From NCBI RefSeq assembly GCF_963506605.1, contig NC_083278.1, forward strand, positions 94,674,001 through 94,738,000: a stretch of DNA of 64,000 bases. Direction: 5' to 3'. The DNA is from Zootoca vivipara. Its lineage: Eukaryota. The notes beneath the pieces were generated by a model. That model did not search any database, was not told the origin of the DNA, and saw only the letters and a list, made by a program, of their open reading frames with translations. This document shows, in pieces, positions 1 to 14,627 of the stretch (the stretch's first letter is position 1; the number at the start of each line of letters is the position of its first letter). The translations under genes and the position numbers were made by a program.

Positions 1-3000
1 ACCGAAAACTGACAGGCCATATTTGTTGAGTTATTTACAACAGCAATGGATTGAGCAAATGATTTTTCCATCTTCACTCACCATCTCCATGCAAGTTAGC
101 TTGGCCATAAGGTTCGACCAAGGCACTTAACATTCCCAACTAGCCAACTCAATGGAGGACCATAACATCTACAGATTCACAAAAGCAAATTTGTGATGAA
201 TTCGGAGCTAGGAAAATAGGATGCTGCTTTGTATCGGGTCAGGCCATTAGTCCATCTAGCTCAGTATTGCTGACACTGACCGGTGATAATTCTCCAGTGC
301 TTCAGACTGGTGACTTCGCTGGCCCTACCTGCAGATGCTGTGGATTCAACATTCTGCATGCAAAACAGATGTTGCGCCATTGAATGATGAGTTCTTCCTC
401 AGGTGAAATACCTAAAGAATTTTGAGGATACCCAAATTTTGAAAGGCTAGCAAAAGATGTTCTCCTTCTCTCTGTGTGTGTGTTTACATATCTTTAATAT
501 AGGACAATGGTTTGCCACAGACAGAAACAAACATTTTATTATTTTTTTTAAAAACTAGACATTTTCAATACTATTCTGTCAGTATTTCCTTAAACATTTC
601 CCCTTCATGTGTTGCTGACTGTTATGGTGGAGATAAAAATGAATTTAAACTGGAAATATTCTCGTATTTGTCAGTGCAGGAGCTTAAACGTTTTCCCCCC
701 TATAGGTAATGACAGGGGCATTATTGGCGGGCAGGGCAGATCAGGGCCCCCTGAGCCCTAATCATCATCATATCATGATCATCTTATCTATACCCCAGCC
801 ACCCTGGATGTCTTCCAACATGCATAAAAACATAATAAAATTAAAAACTTCTAAAAGTTGTATAGTTCTTTATCTCTTTCACATCTGATGGGAGGGTGTT
901 CCACAGGACCTTTTGCACTGAGTCCCATGTCTCCTGTCTATTCTACCCTTTTCTCCCCAACTTAACTTTTTTAAAGAAACAACACCCAACAGACCTGTGA
1001 GCAAAGCACAGTGCCATTGAGGCACCACCCACCATCTTAATTTGCTCAGAGACTTAAATCTGCACCTAAATTAGCATACACAACTTCCATGCATGTGCCC
1101 TGAGCTGTTCAAGTACCTAGCAGTTTCCCCTGTGCCCAGCTAATGAACCCAGGTTTTCTGCATATGGACCCATAGCAGTCTTCCTCCTTAAAATTATGTG
1201 TGGCTAAAAAAATGAAAGCCGCGGTGCAAACCTATGCAAGCTTGCTCAGAAGGGAGCCATGCTGAATTCAGCAGCGATCCCTCCTGCATTAAATGGCTAT
1301 CCCAGTCTACACCAACCTGATAGCTTCTAGATGTTGTTGGACTACAGCCTGATGGGAGTTGTACAAGATTGCTGCCGATGTGCATAATGATAACTTTTTT
1401 CATCCGCTTTGACAGGGGGGTGGAGAAAGGGAGGCGGAGAGAAAACCCTATTAAATTTCCCGAAGAATTAGCAGAATAGCTCTGCTAGAATGTATATGGC
1501 ATTAAAGAAGAGAGAAAGGGTTCTGAAAAGGCTTGTCAGAACTTTCCCGAGCCCATTTCATCCGCCGGCGGCGGAAGCACAATGATTGGGCTCTTGTCAG
1601 AGCGCCGCCACCGCCACCTGCGGACCTTAGAAGGAGCGACTGCTCTCTGCTCCCATTGATAACCCTTTGTGGTGTGAAGGGGAGAGGGAAAAGAGCCCAA
1701 CGGAGGAGAACTGAAGGTCAGACAATAGACGTTGCTGCACACACTGTCTCTGAACTTTCCTCATCTCTGAAGGACAATTAATTATCAAAGCCTTTGGGGC
1801 AGGTCGAAGCAAAGGGAAAGCCTACTGCTGGCCCAGCACTCCAGCCGTTTCGCTCTCTGTGTTTGCTAAATGGCCCGGCCTGTTGGAACGCTAAAGTAGC
1901 AGCCACCAGAAATAAGGCAATAGATTGCATCTAGGGGTGGCTGGCTAGGAAAGCGGATGATTCCTAGCTAGATAGAGTGTGCACGGGCTTGGCCTTGTAT
2001 CGTTCTATTATCGCCGTGGAATTATACACACACACACAAAGCAGGCAAGGGCAATTGTGCCCCGTCTTCCCCGCCAAAAAGCCACAGGGTAGGTTGGAGT
2101 CAGAAAAAACCGTCCTCGCCGTGGTGCGTTAAAAAGGATGGTCCTTTCTCTCCCCCCCCCCCTTCTCTCCACCAAATCACTTCACAGAGGCAGAAAAACA
2201 GACAAACACAAAAGAGTTTGAGACTTTTTCTCCGACATTAAATAGAGTAACTGATAAGGTCAGACATATGATACCTAAAGACATGAATCTGTGAACTCTT
2301 GAAGTCAAAGGACCTCTCTGTGCAAAGGAACAATCTTTCAAAGGAAACAGATCACAGAACTCCACTGAATCCCCTTTAAACTTTATGAAGCAGGAGGGGG
2401 AAAAGCTCTAAGTAAGGAAGCCTGACAGAAGAGCCTTGAACTATTTTCTGAAGGAAAGATGAGACCCTCACTAGGCTGCCACAAAACATCTTTTTTTTCT
2501 CTCCTAAAGGCTCTTCTGAACTTTGATATGTGCCAAGACACCACTATTGAAAGCTGTATAATTATGTGCTATAACCACTGTAGAAAATGCTTTGTTCACC
2601 TCAACAAAGAACAATAAGCAAAGTAAAGTGACATTACACTGTATCTTTTTCTTTAAGAATGTTGAGAGAGGTCACGGTACATTATAACTAATAGAGCTGT
2701 TGAGTAAGGAGGTTTAAAAACTTCATCTTGCTGTGCTTAAATGTAACCCAATGAGGGAAAACAGTCAGAGGGAGCTATAAAATCTAATGACATTAAATCA
2801 AATAGCCCACACATCATTTCGGGCCTATCTCATTGTAGTAGCAAACACCTTGAATCCAAGGGGGATAAATATCAAAATGAGAGTTTCCTGACTCAAAAAC
2901 TACATATACCCTCAATTGCCAGGCCTGGTTCATCTGATTAAACACTGTTTGAGGAAGAACTGAACCAGGAACAACAATTGAATGTATAATTATTATTAGG

Positions 3001-3399
3001 GGTCCACACAAGGTTCATTAACAATTAAAAGTGGCATTTACAATATTGTTACAGCACCACTTTATACTTGCATAACTTTTGCAACTGAATTTAATAAAAT
3101 GAGATATACTGGCTAAGCTGAGGGAAAATGTCTTCCTGAATGATGTTTTCATACTTTTTTTTAAAGAAATAAAAACCAACATTGTTTAAGATGCAACAAG
3201 GTAGCTACAACGTCTCTATATTTTTAATGGAAAATAGGGGGACAAAGATCTACCATGAATCCCATTCTGCAATCTTTCCATTCATTGATTTGGGATATAA
3301 TTAATCAGTCCAGCAGGAATATTTTAATTATTTTCAACTTGCAATGTGTAAGTTTCAAATTCTTCTGTTGCACATCAGATGAATTAGAGCTTATTATGA

Positions 3400-3442
<43 letters not shown>

Positions 3443-6400
3443 GTGCATGCGGAAATAAGACTGCTATCAAATGTCTGAAGAATACATGTAGCCAGGCATT
3501 TTCAATATATAACAAAGTGCAAATGAAGTCCTATTACTCCTATTGCAAAGTGCAAACTAATGTCCTATCATTGTTGCAGCTGCATCAAACTTCTTTAAAA
3601 CTGATGCCTCTCGCTTTTTGCCATTGCATACTTTAAAACAATATTTTCAGCCCTGGTAGCAGGTGTGGGAGACTGCATCCTGTTAGGACTTTCTCACTCA
3701 AAATGTGAATAATAATAATAATAATAATAATAATACTACCCCGCCCATCTGAAGCCTAGCTTTAAGGCATCCTTTGCAAAGGCACTCAGTCTAGGTGGTA
3801 CCAGCGGTTAAATACAGTGATACATAGTTTTTGCAGTCTGATTCCAGCGTGTTTACCAACAGTATTGCTGATAAACATGCCTGGGTGTTAGAAGTCAGAA
3901 CCACAACCAATTAAGCAACTTCAGCTAATTTTGACCCATTGTTTCATTAGGGTGAAAGTTGCTTAGATATTTCACAGGGATATGTCTTAAAAGCAGGGGT
4001 GTGTGAAATGCTCTGCAGTCTTTATATGGATTGTTGTTAACTTTCAAGCTTAAAGCAAAATAGTACATTATATATTGGGTAGAATGATCAGCAATTTGGC
4101 ATTTTAGTTAATGCTAAGTTACATGTATTGTATTGGGGAGGCGTGTTTGAAGATTTTAAATCAGCATTGATAGACACAACTTTAGAAAATGACACACTTG
4201 AAAGATTATAGAATTTTGAGACATCCGAGAAATAATAGCGCACTGTAGTCGGTTAGACAATCCAGCCCACAATGTTACATCTATTCCTTTATACCAAAGT
4301 TTCCAACCTTTGGGGGCCCATGACAGATTTGAAGTTTTGAGAGGGTGCCATGGGCGCCACACCCTCTTCCTTCTCTTCCCCCTCCCTTTGGTAATTCCAC
4401 ACAGACACACCCCTCCCTGATGCAGAGAGGAAGCACACACACACTGGGACTTTCCTGTCGGCTCTGAAGGTCTATGTTGGTACAGTGCACAGTAAAAGTC
4501 ACAGAGCTGGTGCTTGCCAGCACTACAAAAACACTGATGAAGTTACAGGCAAAGATTGTCATGGATCTTCACAAAATTTACATATAATGAAAACCAAAGC
4601 ACCAAGAAATTACAGGTATACATGACAACTACAGTTTACTAGGTCAGGCTCCTGCAACAATCTAGCTTATATTTGAGAGAACACAAGTTCACATATGAGT
4701 GCAAGTTTCTGGCCCACAACATTTAAAAACAAATGTAGCAAATAAGTACACCGAGGAATGCGTCAACTGATTCTGCTAGACTAAAATCCTAAATTACAAC
4801 CTCTCAAGGAAATGGAACTAGGTATGACAATGAAGTTATGGATAGAGGCATAGTTTGCACATAACACCAAGCCATCATTTATTAAATGATGGCTTATTTG
4901 CATGTCTGACTCATGCCAAGAGGCTGAACTATAGTTGGGTTACCAAACAATCTACCCACTGAATCCATGTTTGCTGTTGGCTTGCAAATCTTGGTTTATT
5001 TTAACTATGGATTGGAGTTACATGAAAACCCAGCACTCTTTCTTAAATATGACTTGTTTGGCCACCCTTACCCAGACACTCACCTGACTACAAAACTACA
5101 AGGCAAGAGCAGATGAAAAAAGACTTTGGAGAAACAAGCCATGGGTTTATTTGATTGTCTGTAGGAGCCCATGATCTGTTAATGCAAACCAGGCCATTTA
5201 TTCTAGTGGACAGGAATGTACATGTCCCCATTATGAATCTATTCCTCCCTCTTCTTGACAACCTCTCTGCTTTTCCAGAAATCCCAGATCTCATTACTAT
5301 GCCCTTCAAAATTAAAACCTCAGCCATAAGATTTCACAGCAGTGCATAGGCAGAGTTTTGATTTTTACATCAACAGGTAGAGCACCTTTTTGATATACAT
5401 AAGATGCCAGGTTCAATCCCTGACATTCCCAGTTAAAAAATATCACAGGAGGCAAGGCTGGGAAAGACCTCTCCCACATAGATGGATGAACCAATGATCT
5501 AACTTAGTAAAAGGCAGGTTCATACATCCACCACTGTGGAATTTAGGACTTTTCAGCATACATTTCTAAGTAATTGCTTATGAAAGGCAAACAGACTACC
5601 GACTTGTCAGAGATGACGGTGAGTGAGAGCCTATATTACTGGCTATACTGTCCACTTTTTAGTTTGTGCATTCTTACTGTATATATTTATTTCTAATTTC
5701 AGACACCATGTGTGCTGCAATGTAACAGGAAGCTCCTCCATTGAAAGCCTTCCACCACTTGCTTCAATGCGACTGGCAGCTTCTAGGGGCTCATGTAGCA
5801 GACGCTTCCATTGAACAGGGGAGGGTAGACTTTGCAAGGAATACCTGCACACAGTGGCAATCACTGCAACACAGTGATGCTTGCACAACTAGCATCCTTA
5901 GCCGCCTACCTTTTGGCTCCAAGGATCCTCCCAGCATGTCTCACAAGATCTTTCAGCTGTCTCTCTCCATAAAATTAACACTGCAAGCCTTGTTCAGGGG
6001 TTTCACATACAGTTAATAACTGTATGTAACAAGTGGGGAAGTGGGGCCACACCAAATCTGCACAGACACCTATAGGGATATAGAACATGATCTGGAACCT
6101 TGAGCAGCCAGGGTTCCAGATTGCAAAGGTTCCCTTCCTTCAAATGTTTGCACAGCACTGTATGCATCAATGTCTGGGTGAAGGGCTACTGAGCATGGCC
6201 CCTCTCCTCACCTGTTTTCCTTCACTGTAAGCATAGTGCTTGCTATAGTATTTAGCAGGTTAAACCCCAATACTGTTTAATCCACAAAACATTTAAATTC
6301 AACAAGGCAGCAACACGTGGACCAGATATGTAGGTTCCACACTCTGTATGATGTATGAGTCAGCCTTTGGCTCATCTTCCCTACTGAATGTATAGCCTTT

Positions 6401-9400
6401 AATCAAGTATACAGGCAAGAGTGCCTATGCAGGTTGGCTCTGGAGATGTGGTCCACACCCTGGAAAAGGGCTGGGTGACTGACATGAGCAAGTCCAATTT
6501 ACAGAGAACATGTGCATAAGGCGAAGGCCATGAGTCTCGCTTCTGTATCTCACCATGGGCATAACGTACATACTTCTCAAGGCACGTGATAACTGAGGGC
6601 CACATGACATGGGTGTTCTGTTACTGGATTTCCAGACACCTTCCTCCTCTCTCCTCAAAGCAGCTGCAGAAGGCCCTGATTTTTGTAAGGCAGGATGGAG
6701 AGTTTAACTCTTATTTTCAATGCCAGTTCCCAAATGCAAATCAACTTCCCAAAGCTACTTTTAGTTGCAAAGTAGAAGCATCCATGTATGAGTATTTATG
6801 CAATGTATCTATTTTATACCTAGGAGCTCACAGTGAACCACAACTGGTGTGGAATGCATGTTGATAGGGGGTGTGCAGCTAATTTGGTTCCCAAATGCTA
6901 ATTCTGTATATTTTAAAGGGGGGAAACCAGCAATTTACACAGGTACATAGGGTGGAATTCAACATAGTGCTAAGTGGGGTATGCCAGCACAGAACGAGGT
7001 CTGCTTGTGCAATGGAACTTCCCCCTCTTGCACCCCACTCTCTGGAGCACATTTAAAGAGTATGGGGAACAAAACGGGGAAGGTCTCATTCACAAGTGGA
7101 CCTCATTCCATGCACATAACAACTTGGTTGAATCCCACCAACACATTTCACAATCACTTTTTTATCCTCAGATATATTTGCCCAAGTATGAATGCAATGG
7201 GGAAAGCTACATTTAAGTGCAATTGGAACAAAGTGTAATTTGAACAAGTGCTCCTCGTCTAGGTTGAGTTGATCTGGCACTCACAACCTACAAGCAATTA
7301 GATTTCTGTAAAATCCCAGAATGTTCAGTGGCCATTCACAAGTTTGATATGCTAGCCTACCTAATCTTTAGGTGGGCAAGGAAGTTGAGGATAAACTGGA
7401 AGTGCTCCAGTGCTACCACTAGATGATTGGGGGAAAGCCGGTGGGAGAACAAAGAGCTAAAGGAATCCACCCTAATAATTTTTTAAAAACCAAATAATAC
7501 GTGTGTGTGTGCGCGTGTGCGTGCGCGTGTGTGTTATGTAAGAAACCCATAGAAAGCTGCTGTCTCTTTCATGTTCTGATTCCCTTTAAAATATTCTCTG
7601 CAAACCATCCAGGAGAAGTATGTTTCTATCCCATTTGGAGTGCTTATCTAGGTGTCTACTTGCAAGTTCAATGGAGCTTAGTTCTAAGTGTGTCTAGAAT
7701 GGCAGTCTTTAGATACTTGAGTTTAAAACATACTAGAGATTACACAAACAGCACCACATAGCTGCTGAGGTCTTTTATGTTTTTGTTTCTTTAGGAGTGG
7801 GAGCTTCTATTTAATGTGTGCCGAAAACATAAATGAATTGTGGTAGCGGAAGATGCTCTATACGTTACCATTTTTGAGAAACAGTAACGCCCAAGGATGG
7901 ACATATGAAAACCCTCCTTCCACAGCACGTGTATCTTTAATTCATCGGAATGTAAGTTTTGCTTACTTCTAAAGATGATTTGGTTCAGTTTTGTGTTGCA
8001 GCTGAGCCTAATGTATTCACAATTTCAAGGGGCCTCCAATGACAGGACACAGCAGCACAGAAACAAATTCACTTCTCGCAAACAGAGAGAAATTACTCGT
8101 TCAGTCACTGAATCCTCCTGCAAGGTGTTTCAGCTACCTCTGGCTATGAGCCTGAGGCGATTGTGACAAATCTAAAGTAAGGAGGCATGAGGATTGTTAA
8201 GGATCTTATTTGAGTTCTGTTAACAGCTGCTGGTGGCTCCAAGGCATTGTGAAAGGAAGTCAGAAAAGCCAGCTCATATGTTAGAGCAAAGGCAGGCTCC
8301 AGCAGCTCCACAGTGGGTTGAGGATGTGTTTTGTATGAACTGCTGAAGGATGTTCATGAGTCTAAAAAGCATGTGTGTTGTCCGCAGGGACACCGCTTGC
8401 ACAATGTGTGATGTAGCTCCGGCAGGTGTATCTTGAGTAATAGATCTTAAGGAAAACAGGCTCCAGAATTTGCCCCATAGTCCCTTTCTTTCAATGAGAA
8501 TTTATCCCCATTTTTTCAATACATTATGAATGTTAACTCTGTAAGAGGAAGCGAGCAGAAAAGGTTTAGGAAAATCCATTTAAATTATTTAAGATGGAAG
8601 GCATATCAGGCATCAATTATATTAAAGGATCAGCAATAAAAGTATGAAGGGGAGGAACTCTGATGATGCTAAATATGGAAAATGCTCCATTTGCTCAAGG
8701 ACTTCAGATCCAATTTCAACACCACAGTACATGTCATTTTTGCTTCAGTGCTAGTCACCTGGGCTGGCCGCTGATCAGGCAAGAATGCATACCTTCAGAT
8801 TAAACGATATGCAGTAATGGCCTGTTCAGGTCCCGGTTTTCAGCCTAGTGCGTGGAGTTGTGGGTAGCAGTCTTAAAGCTGCCATCCAGCTGTTTGTATG
8901 AATTAGGAATTTCATAGCCATGCATTTGAACACAAGTGAAAGGGGTTCTGTGTTATAAGAAATTAACTTATTGGGGGGGGGGGCAAAACTTATGCCGCGA
9001 TCTCCAGATCAGATAATTGCAAACTACTGGGAACAGTATACCATAGGTGTTACGTTGCAGCCTCAGGCTGCTCCAATTAAAAGCCATGAAGATTTCCTCC
9101 ATGCTTTAAACTGTGCAACATAGAAAGACTCACATGGGTAGCTCAAAGACAGAAAGAGGGCAACACAATATATAGATGCGTATTAATGCTTTTACATTTT
9201 CAGACAGAGATGTGATTTATGAGAACAGGCTCATATTGTGTACATATAACCCTTCTGCTAAATTGTTATTAGGAGGGTGTCAAATGCACTTTCCCTTTGT
9301 TTTTGTTCTTGGTTTCTTCAGGAGAAGCTCCATCCAAGAGTAGTGCAGTCATTGGCCCTCCAGAGGTTGCTGGACTCCAACTCCCATCAGCCCCAGCCAG

Positions 9401-9455
9401 CATGGCCCATAAAAGCCCAGGGATGATTGAAGCTATGGTCCAGCAACATCTAGAA

Positions 9456-9591
9456 CAGGGTTTCCCAAACTTGGGTCTCCAGCTGCTTTTGGACTACAAT
9501 TCCCATCATCCCTGACCACTGGTCTTGCTAGCTAGGAATGATGGGAGTTGCAGTCCGAAAACAGCTGGAGACCCAAGTTTGGGAAACCCTG
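9456..9591. mobile_element. ~136-bp palindromic hAT MITE nested in an older related copy (~9350-9600)
   Basis: TIRs CAGGGTTTCCCAAACTTGGGTCTCCAGCTG; degenerate TSD ATCTAGAA/AACTAGAG. Confidence 0.85.
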
Positions 9592-10672
9592 AACTAGAGG
9601 GATCTTCAATAGCCAGGACCGCAAGGTAGCGCCACACATTTTATAAAGAATAAGCCTGATGGGCCATGGCTGCTTTGTTTTGGCCAACACACACTGAAAT
9701 AGAAAGCTACTGCGAATGAGTAAGAGTAGAAGTGAAATTTGCATCCTAATCTTCTGTGTCCCTTTCCAACTGAATCACTTAGATGTGATGGTGATGGTGA
9801 TGGCAATCACTTTAGAAATGCTTCAGAGCATGTTTTCGTACCTAGCACAGTACTACTTCCATAGGGAAAGAAACAAAAGCCCTTGCCACCCCTTCTGACC
9901 ACGCCACCATGCAGCTTATACCAAACAATGTGGCCCATCCTTTGAGCAGATAATACCAACACACTGCCACAAGGCTTCAATGCCACAGAGTGACAACTCC
10001 CAGAAGCCCCTCTGGCCTCATCCCTGCATTTGACAGTGCAAAATGCTTATCATCAGCACGAAGGAATTTGCCACCGTGGGGCTTATGGAAGGTCAGCAGG
10101 TTAGCAACAATCGCTCGCTGAGCCAACGCCTAGGTGATTGGCTCATACCCGCTCATTGTTGGCCTGTAAGGAAGAGTTTCAATCAAAGCTGCCAATCCAT
10201 GGGGTATAATCCAGAGACATTTAGATAGGCCTAGTCCCTGTTGGTTTCAATGGAACCGAGACGCAACTAAGTCGTGCTTTTGTTTGTTTTTGTTTCGCTC
10301 GCGAGCTGCGTTTTCTGTTCGTGTTACAAAGCGATTAGCTACAGTCAAAAGATCTCGAGTAGGGTGGCTTTTTCAAGAAAATAGCTCTCGAAAATGTAGC
10401 TGAAACGCAAGCAACCCAAAAGCAGCACCCTGCTGTTGAGACCGAAAAGTTTCCTGCTTTCTGATAAGGCAGGCTAAAATGACCTTCTTCCCTTTTTCCT
10501 TTTTAACAAAACATATAACAAAACACATTAACATCATTCACAAGGTGGGCACTGTAAAAGAAACAGTTTCCAAAACAAGCGAAAATGCATTTTTAAAAAA
10601 GGACGGGGGAGAGAAAATTTCAATTATATGCATGCATAGAAGAGGAAGAAACCCAGAAAGGTGACAGCGTAC

Positions 10673-10867
10673 CTCAAAGTCATTTGCCTTATTGTAGTGC
10701 ATGTTGAGGGCTCTGTACAGCTCACAGTCTCTGGTTATGGACAACTCTTCAGTGCTTGTTACCCCATCGTTGATGGCTTGGCGTGCATACTTCTCCATCT
10801 GAATGTAGTAGAACTCACGGAAATTGCTAAACCACTTGATGAGCTGAGAGGTAATACATCTGTTGAA
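10673..10867 (-). CDS. PROX1: PROX1 exon 4 (195 nt), homeodomain/prospero domain
   Basis: Reads [65 protein letters not shown]. Acceptor TTTCCACAG, donor GTACGC. Confidence 0.97.
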
Positions 10868-11441
10868 CTGTGGAAATCAGAAGAGCAAGAAGGATTAAAG
10901 CCTTGACACCTCCTCTCTTTCCTCCCCTTTTCACAACATCCTTTCTTACATCCACCCCTTCTCTTCCACCTGCCCCATAGCCAAGCTTCAAAAGCTTTTT
11001 TTTAAACCCAAGGGGTAAAGAGGCTTGAGTGGTCGAGACAAATGATATAAAAATGCTGCACCATTTTTTTAAACGGGGAAGGTCTGGATCTCATTCCTAA
11101 AGTTGCTAAAGAGCACTGCTATTCTATCAAGTTAAGCATCACACATGGAAAGCACTTCCAAATTTCGAGTCACCACTAGCAAGCTTCTAGGCTCTTATAG
11201 GAGGAGATGTCCAGGACCTTCCAGGTTTGCGCTGATGCATTTTGTCTGATAAGGAGATGAGTGGCCAAACAGCAAAATGTGACTATGTCTTGCCCATTGA
11301 AGGCAATTATTTATGGAGGTTCATATATGATAAGAGGGGTGCAATGTGTTTCCTATTATGTAGCAGTTATTCCCCACAAATAAAAGTGTGAAATCAATTT
11401 AGAAAATATTTATGGGCAGGTGGTGTAACAGACATAAGTAA

Positions 11442-11638
11442 GTTACAGGTAGGTAGCCGTGTTGGTCTGACATAGTCGAAACAAAATAAAAAAATTCCTT
11501 CCAGCAGCACCTTAAAGACCAACTAAGTTTTTTATTTTGGTGTGAGCTTTCGTGTGCATGCACATAAAAGCTCATACCAAAATAAAAAACTTAGTTGGTC
11601 TTTAAGGTGCTGCTGGAAGGAATTTTTTAATTTTGTTT
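11442..11638. mobile_element. Penelope-like pLTR insertion with inverted duplication (~80-bp arms)
   Basis: Inverted repeat 11479-11638 centred on 11558/11559; 12-bp TSD AGACATAAGTAA (11430-11441, 11639-11650). Confidence 0.8.
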
Positions 11639-14627
11639 AGACATAAGTAACTTGAAGCTGGTTACATTTCAGTGTGCCACATAGAACTGATGCAAATTCC
11701 TTTCTCGTTCTATGTCAAGCTAAAAAGAATTCCCCTCTCTATTGCACACACTCTAAACAAAAATGGGGCCTTCCTATAGGGTTGCTCTTACTTTGCAAAA
11801 AAGAAATAAAAAAAAAATCCATGTTGTGCTGTGACTTGTAGATGCTTATCATATCCTGAGTATCGAAATCTACAAAGTCTCCATTAATCCCTGGCATTCC
11901 GTCCAGCAAATTTAAAGTTTTCCAGGTCATCCATAAGATGGAGGAAAATGCACTGGATCCCTTTATTAGAATTCAGAAGGTCAAGGTTAAAAGTGCCCAT
12001 GTCTTTCAGGACAAGTTTTCTTACTGTTCCTATGACCTCTGAACTGAAGATGTCACCTAGGCTGTGTTGCAGCTGATCCCTTCTTATTGACAGCCCTTCC
12101 TATGTGTAAAGGACAGATGCAACTTAACTTGCCAAGTTAAAACCAATAAATCCATAGCTATATATCAGGCAGGCTGATATACTACCCCCTGCCTTTTGTC
12201 ATCACAGGCATTCACTTCCCCGGCCCCCAGAAAGAGATGTGCATTAATCAAAAATCAACAAAGAACACTTATCAAATGCTGGCCATGAGAACATCCAGGC
12301 CTCCAACAAGATGACAGCTAAAGTGTGCATTGGGGCTGTAATTACTACACAGAAAGTTGTTTCCATGCTAGCAAAGATAATAAACGAATGAAAATTTATG
12401 GCAGGGAATCTAAGTAACAAGGAAACAGAAGCAGGGAGACTGGTGTTTCTCCCAAAAGGCCAACTTGCATCATAATTGCCATGCAGNNNNNNNNNNNNNN
12501 NNNNNNNNNNNNNNNNNNNNNNNNNNNNNNNNNNNNNNNNNNNNNNNNNNNNNNNNNNNNNNNNNNNNNNNNNNNNNNNNNNNNNNNNNNNNNNNNNNNN
12601 NNNNNNNNNNNNNNNNNNNNNNNNNNNNNNNNNNNNNNNNNNTGATTAAAAAGACAACTGAAGGACCCCCGTTATCTGANNNNNNNNNNNNNNNNNNNNN
12701 NNNNNNNNNNNNNNNNNNNNNNNNNNNNNNNNNNNNNNNNNNNNNNNNNNNNNNNNNNNNNNNNNNNNNNNNNNNNNNNNNNNNNNNNNNNNNNNNNNNN
12801 NNNNNNNNNNNNNNNNNNNNNNNNNNNNNNNNNNNNNNNNNNNNNNNNNNNNNNNNNNNNNNNNNNNNNNNNNNNNNNNNNNNNNNNNNNNNNNNNNNNN
12901 NNNNNNNNNNNNNNNNNNNNNNNNNNNNNNNNNNNNNNNNNNNNNNNNNNNNNNNNNNNNNNNNNNNNNNNGAAGGGGAGAAAAATAGAAAGGGGATTCT
13001 TTTTCTAGAATGGTCATGAATGACCTAATGTGGACGACAACAACAAAAAAGTAGGTGCGCATGTCATTATTTAGCAATAGGACAGAAAGAGAGATTTAAT
13101 GCTTATTGCTGCAGCATGGAAACATCAGAGAAAGTTTTAGTGCGGACAAAAAAAAAAGTAAGACATGCAAAAATTACAGACCTAGGCGCTTAAGGAACAA
13201 AACTAATCAGCTCGAATAGTATAGAAACATTCAGAGAGTGAGTTAATTGTGCATACATACAAATGCGTGTGCAACACACACACACACAAACACAGAGACA
13301 AATGCCCTCTCTTGCCTCAACATTCTGGTGTAGATAAATCAGTCTTTTTAAAATTGCTAAACTTTAAAGAGTTAATTATTCCCCCCCCCTTCTCTAGTGG
13401 AGTACAAGAAAAGGATCAATTGTTCTATAAAAGAAAAGCTCTGTAGTGTGTTAATGTGTTACTGCAAAAACTAATCGCTACAATAAAGAGTCTGTGTTTC
13501 CACNNNNNNNNNNNNNNNNNNNNNNNNNNNNNNNNNNNNNNNNNNNNNNNNNNNNNNNNNNNNNNNNNNNNNNNNNNNNNNNNNNNNNNNNNNNNNNNNN
13601 NNNNNNNNNNNNNNNNNNNNNNNNNNNNNNNNNNNNNNNNNNNNNNNNNNNNNNNNNNNNNNNNNNNNNNNNNNNNNNNNNNNNNNNNNNNNNNNNNNNN
13701 NNNNNNNAAAGCCTGGAAGCGCCTGTTCTTCAAAGCTAAAATGACACTGAATCTGTTGTATTTAGTAGTCTTAGAATTATTAGCTTATACATTAAAATCG
13801 GCATCAAGTGGAGCGAAAGAAGATGATACAAGGAGAATCCCTTTTCGTTCCCACAATACCGACTCGGGAGATTTCCCCTTTCCCCCAGTTTAGGGACAAA
13901 ATTATAAGGTGGTTGCATCTTATTCAGCCTTACTAACGGCAGCTCCTTAAGTAAAGCAGGATCATCACCAGCAGAAAAATCAAGGGTGAAATTTGGGTAC
14001 AGTGATTCACGCATAAGAGAATGAAAAAAATAAACTAAGTAAGCCAGATTGATCCAGACAAATCAGTTTGAATTTCTTTACAAACGAAAGATTTTGGGGG
14101 CTTATAAAATATTTTATTCTTTTCAAATTGGTTAAATTGGCTTTTTAGAGAAAAAAAGTAAGCTCCCTTGAGTACAAGACCAGCACAGAGCGCCAAACTG
14201 GACTTTGTATATTTATTGTACAACGTATTAGGGTAGATTGCAGTGCATGGGCTAGGTTCCAAAGAGTCCTTGTGTGTTTTCCAGGGATTCTGTTCCAACT
14301 ATAGATTCACATGCTGCACTGGAGGCCATTCTGAATGATCTCTTGATTTTTTGGAATGGATTTTTAATGGGGCACATGGGGTTGTGGTGGAAAGAAGGAC
14401 CCTGGAGGATGGGCTCCATCCATCCTTTCTTCCCTGATTGCATTAGTGTTAGAGTGTTCCTTGGGTTTTTTTTTATAGGCACTGCTAATACAACAGAAAG
14501 AGTTCCTATTCTGCCACCATACATTATGAAGTTCTTCCTTCACATTCACTAAAAGCATCTGACCCAGAAAATTCTTCAATACCTCTTTCTGATCTAGAAA
14601 CATGAATAGCTACACCATCAAACCCAC

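Noticed and set aside
10538-10672. ORF extension VRCHLSGF... after NDFE
   Set aside because: Intronic read-through past the GTACGC donor.
1-10672. PROX1 last coding exon (VPERFLEVAQ...)
   Set aside because: Not found by eye or in the ORF track; it must lie left of the window.
11540-11580. Second hammerhead ribozyme
   Set aside because: CTGATGA core is missing on both strands.
12465-13893. Long ORFs crossing N-runs (also near 21 kb, 22 kb, 30.7 kb and 55.2 kb)
   Set aside because: Artefacts of translating N.
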